NCBI GenBank assembly: GCA_963805975.1
Contig: CAWDVR010000003.1
Span: forward strand, 800,001 to 864,000
Source: an uncultured Acidobacteriota bacterium
Lineage (GTDB): Bacteria > Acidobacteriota > Thermoanaerobaculia > Multivoradales > SZUA-115
DNA length: 64,000 nt
Direction: 5' to 3'
The position numbers and the translations under genes were made by a program. Positions 58,479-64,000 of this stretch are shown here, in pieces. Numbering within the stretch: position 1 is the first letter of the stretch; every line of letters starts with the position of its first letter. The notes under the pieces were generated by a model that ran no database searches, had not been told where the DNA came from, and was given only the letters and a program-made list of their open reading frames with translations.

Positions 58479-60920
58479 ATGGGCAGCTTCCTGCAAGACC
58501 TCCGTCACGGGCTCCGCAACCTGCTCACCCGGCCGGGCTTCGCCATCGCCGCGGTGCTGGCGCTCGGTCTCGGCCTGGGGGCGAGCACCGCCATCTTCAG
58601 CGTGGTGGACGCGGTGGTCTTGCGACCGCTTCCCTATGCCCAACCCAACGAGCTGGTCATGCTCTGGGAGACCAGCGCTCCGAAGGGCCTCGACCACGAG
58701 CGCCTGTCGCCGGTGAACTTCGGCGACTACCGGGCCGCCAAACAGGTGTTCGAGGATGCCGCCGCCTGGTGGCACCCCGAGATCAATCTGCTGGACGAGA
58801 TCGGCGAGCCCATCCGGGTGACCACGGTCGAGACCTCGCGCAATCTGTTCCAGGTGCTCGGCGTCGAGCCGGAGGTGGGCCGCAGCTTCACCACCCGCGG
58901 CGCCGACCTCTACTCCGAGGAGCCCGAGGTGGTGATCAGCCACGCGCTCTGGATACGCCGCTATGGTGCGCACCCCGGCCTGGTGGGCCGCACCGTGCAG
59001 TTGAACGGCCGCCCGCACGAGGTGGTGGGCGTGATGCCGCCGGGCTTCCACTTCCCCGGCGACACCGACGTCTGGCAGGGCCTCGCCTGGAACCTCGCCA
59101 ACCACTCGCGCTTCGCCCACTTCATGGAGTCCGTGGCACGCCTGGCGCCCGGCGTCACGCGCGAGCGGGCGGCGGCCGAGCTGGAGGCGATCTCCGCGCG
59201 CCTCGAGGCCGACCACCAGGACTCGAACAAAGACTGGCGGGCGCGCGCCGTGGGTCTGCAAACCGAGGTGGTGGGCGACTTCCGGCCGCGCCTCCTGACC
59301 CTGCTGGTGGCGGTCGGGCTGCTGCTTCTCCTGGCCTGCGCCAACGTGGCCAACCTGCTCCTGGCGCGGGCCAGCACGCGGGACCGCGAGGTGGCGCTGC
59401 GCTCGGCCCTGGGCGCCGGCCGCGGGCGCCTGCTCCGCCAGTTCCTGACCGAGAGCCTGCTCCTCGCCGCGGCCGGCGCCGTGGTCGGCCTGAGCCTGGC
59501 CTACGCCGCCGTGCGCGTGCTCTCGACCGCCTCACCGATCGACATCCCGCGTCTCGCCGAGGTGACGCTCGACGGCCGGGTGCTGCTGTTCTCGCTCGCC
59601 GCAACTCTCGTGACCGCGGTCCTCTTCGGCATGGCCCCGGCGCTCCAGATGTCGAGCCCGGCGCTCCACGCCGGATTGAAGGAGGGTGGGAGGGGCGCGG
59701 GCGCCAGCCGTGGCCGCCGCCTGCTGCGCGCCGGCCTGGTGGTGCTGGAGGTGGCGGTGGCGGTGGTGCTGCTGGTTGGCGCCGGCCTTCTCGGCCGGAG
59801 CTTCCTCGCCCTGCTGCAGGAGAAACCGGGCTTCGAGCCCGCGGGCCTGGTCACCGCCAACGTGGAGCTGCCGGGCACCACCTACGGCGAGTGGACCAAG
59901 GTGGCGCAGTTCTCGACCGAGATCGTCGACCGGCTGGCGGCGCACCCGGAAGTGGCGTCGGCAGGCGCCGCCGGCTTCCTGCCGCTCGAGGCCGGCTGGC
60001 GCCCCAACTACTCGCTGCCGGACCAGCCCACGCCGGAGCCGGGCGAGGAGCCCTGGGCGCAGCTCGTGACCGTGACCCCCGGCTTCTTCGAGACGCTCGG
60101 CATCCAACTGCTCGCTGGGCGCTCCTTCAATCGCTTCGACACCCAGGACGCGCCGGGGGTGATGGTGGTCAACCAGGCGATGGCGCGCCGCGCCTGGCCG
60201 AACGAGAACGCGGTGGGCAAGCGCCTGGTTTCCGCGGCGCGTGCCATCGGCCCCCTCGGCCGCTCGCTGCGCCAGAGCCAGGAGTACGAGGTGGTGGGTG
60301 TGGTCAATGACGTCAAGAACAACTCGCTCGCCAGCGCCGCCGAGCCCACCACCTACGTGGTCTCGACCCAGTTCCCGTACCGCGCCGTGAACCTGGTGCT
60401 GCGCGGCAAGCAGGGCGCCGGCCGCCTGGGCGAGGTGCTGCGCAGCGAGGTCGCGCGACTGGACCCGGGGCTCGCGCTCTCCGACGTGCGGAGCGGCGAG
60501 CAGATCCTCGCCGGCTCGACGGCGTCGTCCCGTTTCTCGATGGTGCTGATGGGCGGCTTCGCGGGCCTCGCCCTGCTGCTCGCCGCGGTCGGCATCTACG
60601 GCGTGCTCTCCTACACCGTGGCGCAGCGCCGCGGCGAGATCGGCGTGCGCCTGGCGCTCGGCGCGCCGCCGGAGAAGGTACGGCGGTTGGTGGTGGCCGA
60701 AGGCATGGCCCTCGCCGGCCTCGGCGCCGCGATCGGCAGCCTGGCGGCCCTCGGTCTCGCGCGGCTCATGGCCTCCCTGCTCTTCGGCATCCAGGTCACC
60801 GACCTGCCGACCTTCTCCTCGGTAGCGCTCCTCATCCTCGCCGTCTCCCTGACCGCCTGCTACCTGCCGGCGAGACGAGCGTCGGCGGTCGATCCTCTGG
60901 AGGCACTGCGGGCGGAGTAG
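58479..60920 (+). CDS. ADOP-family duplicated ABC permease (MacB/FtsX-like)
   Basis: QDLRHG.R.L..RPGF, AIFSVVDAV.LRPLPY, ACANVANLLLAR, EIGVRLALGA, PARRA..VDP..ALRAE. Confidence 0.94.
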   Translation: MGSFLQDLRHGLRNLLTRPGFAIAAVLALGLGLGASTAIFSVVDAVVLRPLPYAQPNELVMLWETSAPKGLDHERLSPVNFGDYRAAKQVFEDAAAWWHPEINLLDEIGEPIRVTTVETSRNLFQVLGVEPEVGRSFTTRGADLYSEEPEVVISHALWIRRYGAHPGLVGRTVQLNGRPHEVVGVMPPGFHFPGDTDVWQGLAWNLANHSRFAHFMESVARLAPGVTRERAAAELEAISARLEADHQDSNKDWRARAVGLQTEVVGDFRPRLLTLLVAVGLLLLLACANVANLLLARASTRDREVALRSALGAGRGRLLRQFLTESLLLAAAGAVVGLSLAYAAVRVLSTASPIDIPRLAEVTLDGRVLLFSLAATLVTAVLFGMAPALQMSSPALHAGLKEGGRGAGASRGRRLLRAGLVVLEVAVAVVLLVGAGLLGRSFLALLQEKPGFEPAGLVTANVELPGTTYGEWTKVAQFSTEIVDRLAAHPEVASAGAAGFLPLEAGWRPNYSLPDQPTPEPGEEPWAQLVTVTPGFFETLGIQLLAGRSFNRFDTQDAPGVMVVNQAMARRAWPNENAVGKRLVSAARAIGPLGRSLRQSQEYEVVGVVNDVKNNSLASAAEPTTYVVSTQFPYRAVNLVLRGKQGAGRLGEVLRSEVARLDPGLALSDVRSGEQILAGSTASSRFSMVLMGGFAGLALLLAAVGIYGVLSYTVAQRRGEIGVRLALGAPPEKVRRLVVAEGMALAGLGAAIGSLAALGLARLMASLLFGIQVTDLPTFSSVALLILAVSLTACYLPARRASAVDPLEALRAE

Positions 60921-60944
60921 GGGGGCGCTTGGTGGCGGTGCTAG

Positions 60945-61017
60945 GGTACTGTCCGACCAAAGGACTGGGGCGATGCCGAGGCTCTGCGCCGCCGCTTTCG
61001 GCTTGGAGGACGAGTGA
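60945..61017 (+). pseudogene. Possible 3' remnant of a lost nucleotidyltransferase-like gene
   Basis: Reads GTVRPKDWGDAEALRRR, then (one extra T) FGLEDE*; its TGA overlaps the next ATG. Confidence 0.4.
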
Positions 61018-61298
61018 TGCCGGTGCGGAAGATCCGCGACCTTCACCAGATGGAAGACGCGCTCTGGCGCGAGCCGGGCGATCCGCAGCTCCCGAAGGCG
61101 ATCGCCTCTGTCTGGAGCTTCGCTGCCCGCACTTGTCCGCGGAGCTTCCCTCCGGGCGTATACCGGCACCGGACGATCGAAGATGCAAAGCGCCTGCGGG
61201 AGCAGTGGGACGAGGCCAACTTCCGGGCGCTCTGGGCTCGCCGCGGGGTGCGGCCTGAAGATGTGGTGGGCTCACCGCCCTGGTCCCCACCTCGCTGA
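61017..61298 (+). CDS. Small hypothetical protein
   Basis: RBS GGAGG; MPVRKIR..FPPGVYRHRTIE. Confidence 0.68.
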   Translation: MPVRKIRDLHQMEDALWREPGDPQLPKAIASVWSFAARTCPRSFPPGVYRHRTIEDAKRLREQWDEANFRALWARRGVRPEDVVGSPPWSPPR

Positions 61299-61445
61299 CC
61301 ACGAAGCGCCAGAGTGCTAATACGCCGCTGGCGCGGCTCCGGATGGTTCTTCCCGGAGTTCCATCCGCCCTCCGAAGGGCTCCGTAGACCCAGCGAACGG
61401 TCTCCCACCGAGACCATCACCTGGTAAGAGAAAGGACTCTCGGAT

Positions 61446-61997
61446 ATGACGACTCGCAAGAGCCTCTTGGCGTTCCTCTGCACGCTCGCGCTGGCCACGG
61501 CGGCCTTTGCCGCTTCCAATCCCATGGTCGGCGGCAAGGAGATGTTCCCGAGCAAGGACATCATCGACAACGCGGTCAACTCCGCGGATCACACCACCCT
61601 GGTCGCCGCCGTCAAGGCCGCCGGGCTGGTCGACACCCTGAAGGGCCCCGGCCCGTTCACCGTCTTCGCGCCCACCAACGCGGCGTTCGCGAAGCTGCCG
61701 GCCGGCACCGTCGACTCGCTGCTCAAGCCGGAGAACAAGGGCACCCTCACCAAGGTTCTGACCTACCACGTGGTGCCCGGCAAGATGAGCGCCGCCGACC
61801 TCTCGAAGGCCATCAAGGCCGGCAAGGGCACCGCGACGCTCAAGACGGTCGCCGGCGGCTCGCTGTGGGCGATGGAGAAGGACGGCAAGATCTGGCTGAA
61901 GGACGAGAAGGGCGGCATGGCGTCCGTGACCATTGCGGACGTGAACCAGTCGAACGGCGTGATCCACGTCGTCGACACGGTGGTGATGCCCAACTGA
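61446..61997 (+). CDS. Fasciclin (FAS1) domain protein
   Basis: [45 protein letters not shown]. Confidence 0.95.
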   Translation: MTTRKSLLAFLCTLALATAAFAASNPMVGGKEMFPSKDIIDNAVNSADHTTLVAAVKAAGLVDTLKGPGPFTVFAPTNAAFAKLPAGTVDSLLKPENKGTLTKVLTYHVVPGKMSAADLSKAIKAGKGTATLKTVAGGSLWAMEKDGKIWLKDEKGGMASVTIADVNQSNGVIHVVDTVVMPN

Positions 61998-62031
61998 AGC
62001 AGCGACGGGCGCGCCCTGGTGAGAAGGTCGG

Positions 62032-62062
62032 GGGCTCGGTCCGCTGGGACCGGGCCCTCTTT
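62032..62062 (+). terminator. Putative intrinsic terminator after the fasciclin gene
   Basis: GGGCTCGGTCC-GCTG-GGACCGGGCCC followed by TCTTT. Confidence 0.55.
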
Positions 62063-62129
62063 GCGTCCGGCGGGCCGCGAGCCGCTATGCTTGAGGAAAG
62101 GCGGCACACAGAGAGAAAGGCGCGGCTCG

Positions 62130-63689
62130 ATGCGGGCTTTCGTGCGGGGGGACGTCGACGGCTTCTTCGGGCTGGCGCTCGACAACCTGGTGCAGCTCCT
62201 GCTGATCGATGCCCTGTGCCGCACGGTGCTGGGCTTCTCCGACGAGCTGCTCTACGCGCGGGTGCTGCCGGCGGCGGCGGTGTCGCTGGTGGTGGGCAAC
62301 GTCTTCTACGCGCGGCAGGCGCTCCGCCTGGCGAGAGAGACGGGGCGGAGCGACGTCTGCGCCCTGCCCTACGGCATCAACACCGTGTCGCTCTTCGCCT
62401 ACGTGTTCCTGGTGATGCTGCCGGCCAAGCTCGCCGCCGAGGCGGCCGGTGCCGCGGACCCGGCACGGGTGGCCTGGCAGGCCGGCCTCGCCGCCTGCCT
62501 GGGCTCCGGGCTGATCGAGCTCGGCGGGGCCTTCGTGGCGGAGCGCCTGCGCCGCGCCACACCGCGCGCGGCCCTGCTCTCGACGCTCGCCGGCATCGCC
62601 CTGACCTTCATCGCCATCGGCTTCCTGTTCCGCACCTACGCCCGGCCGTTGATCGGCTTCACCACCCTGGCGGTGATCCTCCTGACCTATTTCGGCAAGG
62701 TGCGTTTCAAGGGCGGCCTGCCGGGCGGCCTGGTGGCGGTGGCGCTGGGCACGTTGCTCGCCTGGCTGACCGGCGTGGCGCCCGCCGGAGCGGCCCCGGC
62801 CGGCCAGATCGGGTTCTTCCCGCCGGTCCTGGTGCTGGGCGACCTGTGGGCGTCGGTGGCGCGCGGCGACCTCGCCACGTACCTCTCGGTGATCCTGCCC
62901 ATGGGCCTCTTCAACCTGGTGGGCTCGCTCCAGAACCTCGAGTCCGCGGCGGCAGCCGGCGACACCTACCCGACCGCGCCCTCACTCGCCGCCAACGGCA
63001 TCGGCACGCTCGCCGCGGCGCTCTTCGGCTCCTGCTTTCCGACCACGATCTACATCGGCCACCCGGGCTGGAAGGCGCTCGGCGCGCGTGCCGGCTACTC
63101 GACGGCGAACGCGGTGTTCTTCGCCCTCGTGGGCCTGACCGGCACGCTGGGCCTCATCGCCTGGGCCATCCCCGTGGACGCCGGCATGGCGATCGTGCTG
63201 TGGATCGGCCTGGTGATCACCGCGCAGGCCTTCCAGGCCACGCCCCGCGAGCACGCGCCGGCGGTGGTGGTGGGGCTCTTGCCCGGCGTCGCCGCCTGGG
63301 GCGCGCTGATGGCCAAGAACGGCCTGCGCGCCGCCGGCTATGGCGCGCCCGGCGGACCGGCGTTGTCCGAAGATCTGATTCCCAAGTTCCTGGCCTCGGA
63401 CACCTGGATCCACGGCGTCTTCGCCCTGGAGCAGGGCTTCATCTTCACCGCCATGATCCTCTCCGCCGTCACCGTCGCCATCCTGCGCCGCCGCTTCAAC
63501 GTGGCCGCCGGCTGGTGCCTCGCCGCCGCGGCGCTCTCCGCTGCCGGCCTGCTGCACTCCTACCAGTTCACCCCGGCCGACACCGTGGTCTCGCTCACCC
63601 CGGCTTGGCCCTGGGCCGCGGGCTACGCGGTGATGGCGGTGCTGTTTCTTGCCGCGAAGTGGATCACGGTGGAGACGGAGGGGCACTGA
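62130..63689 (+). CDS. NCS2/AzgA-like nucleobase permease
   Basis: [47 protein letters not shown]. Confidence 0.88.
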   Translation: MRAFVRGDVDGFFGLALDNLVQLLLIDALCRTVLGFSDELLYARVLPAAAVSLVVGNVFYARQALRLARETGRSDVCALPYGINTVSLFAYVFLVMLPAKLAAEAAGAADPARVAWQAGLAACLGSGLIELGGAFVAERLRRATPRAALLSTLAGIALTFIAIGFLFRTYARPLIGFTTLAVILLTYFGKVRFKGGLPGGLVAVALGTLLAWLTGVAPAGAAPAGQIGFFPPVLVLGDLWASVARGDLATYLSVILPMGLFNLVGSLQNLESAAAAGDTYPTAPSLAANGIGTLAAALFGSCFPTTIYIGHPGWKALGARAGYSTANAVFFALVGLTGTLGLIAWAIPVDAGMAIVLWIGLVITAQAFQATPREHAPAVVVGLLPGVAAWGALMAKNGLRAAGYGAPGGPALSEDLIPKFLASDTWIHGVFALEQGFIFTAMILSAVTVAILRRRFNVAAGWCLAAAALSAAGLLHSYQFTPADTVVSLTPAWPWAAGYAVMAVLFLAAKWITVETEGH

Positions 63690-63704
63690 GGCCTGGCACG
63701 GCCG

Positions 63705-63998
63705 CTAGCGGCCGGCGCGGAAGGCGTAGCCGCTGAGCGCGGCGCTGGCCCCGCCCGCCTCGACGCCCGCCACCTCGAGCCGGTAGTCGCCGGGCGCGAA
63801 GAAGCGCGCCGGGAAGGTGAGCATCAGCACCTCGAGGGCGTTCGGTTGCAGGCCGGCGCGCCGCAGCAGCACCTTGCCCGCAGCGTCGCGCACGGTGCCC
63901 TCCGCGTAACGCACCGTCAGCGTGTAGCTCGAATAGGCGGGGCCGGCGCCCACGTCCACGGCGAGAGCCACCGGCTTCCCGGCATCGATCGAAGGCGG
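63705..63998 (-). CDS. 3' end of a hypothetical protein (truncated by the window edge)
   Basis: Open GC3-biased frame running off the window; ends in a beta-rich segment PGDYRLEV.G..YAFR. Confidence 0.55.
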   Translation of the reverse strand, partial: PPSIDAGKPVALAVDVGAGPAYSSYTLTVRYAEGTVRDAAGKVLLRRAGLQPNALEVLMLTFPARFFAPGDYRLEVAGVEAGGASAALSGYAFRAGR

Positions 63999-64000
63999 CT

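Overview
A very GC-rich bacterial chromosomal window with about 50 genes. The ADOP-type permease and the ECF-kinase pair suggest Acidobacteriota (inference). I saw no rRNA, tRNA, CRISPR array or transposase. Housekeeping genes (polX, ligA, recN, tsaC-like, coaD, add, SWIM-SNF2) are mixed with accessory modules. Best candidate for an undescribed system (5.9-13.1 kb): an ECF sigma factor and a membrane Ser/Thr kinase. The kinase's whole extracytoplasmic part is a tandem pair of an unfamiliar 46-aa six-cysteine repeat, and the same tandem pair forms the C-terminus of the divergently transcribed secreted zinc metalloprotease. Three more uncharacterised secreted proteins flank them. Second: a class GN sortase, its VIT-vWA substrate and a two-component system, with a shared 35-bp upstream motif linking the substrate gene to creD. 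Third: a Cys-rich leader ORF whose Pro-Pro codons can pair with the Shine-Dalgarno of a heavy-metal efflux operon. Also seen: apparent leaderless transcription at many genes, REP-like palindromes, an orphan HicB and a frameshifted VPS10/BNR gene. Family calls come from motif recognition only; no searches were run.
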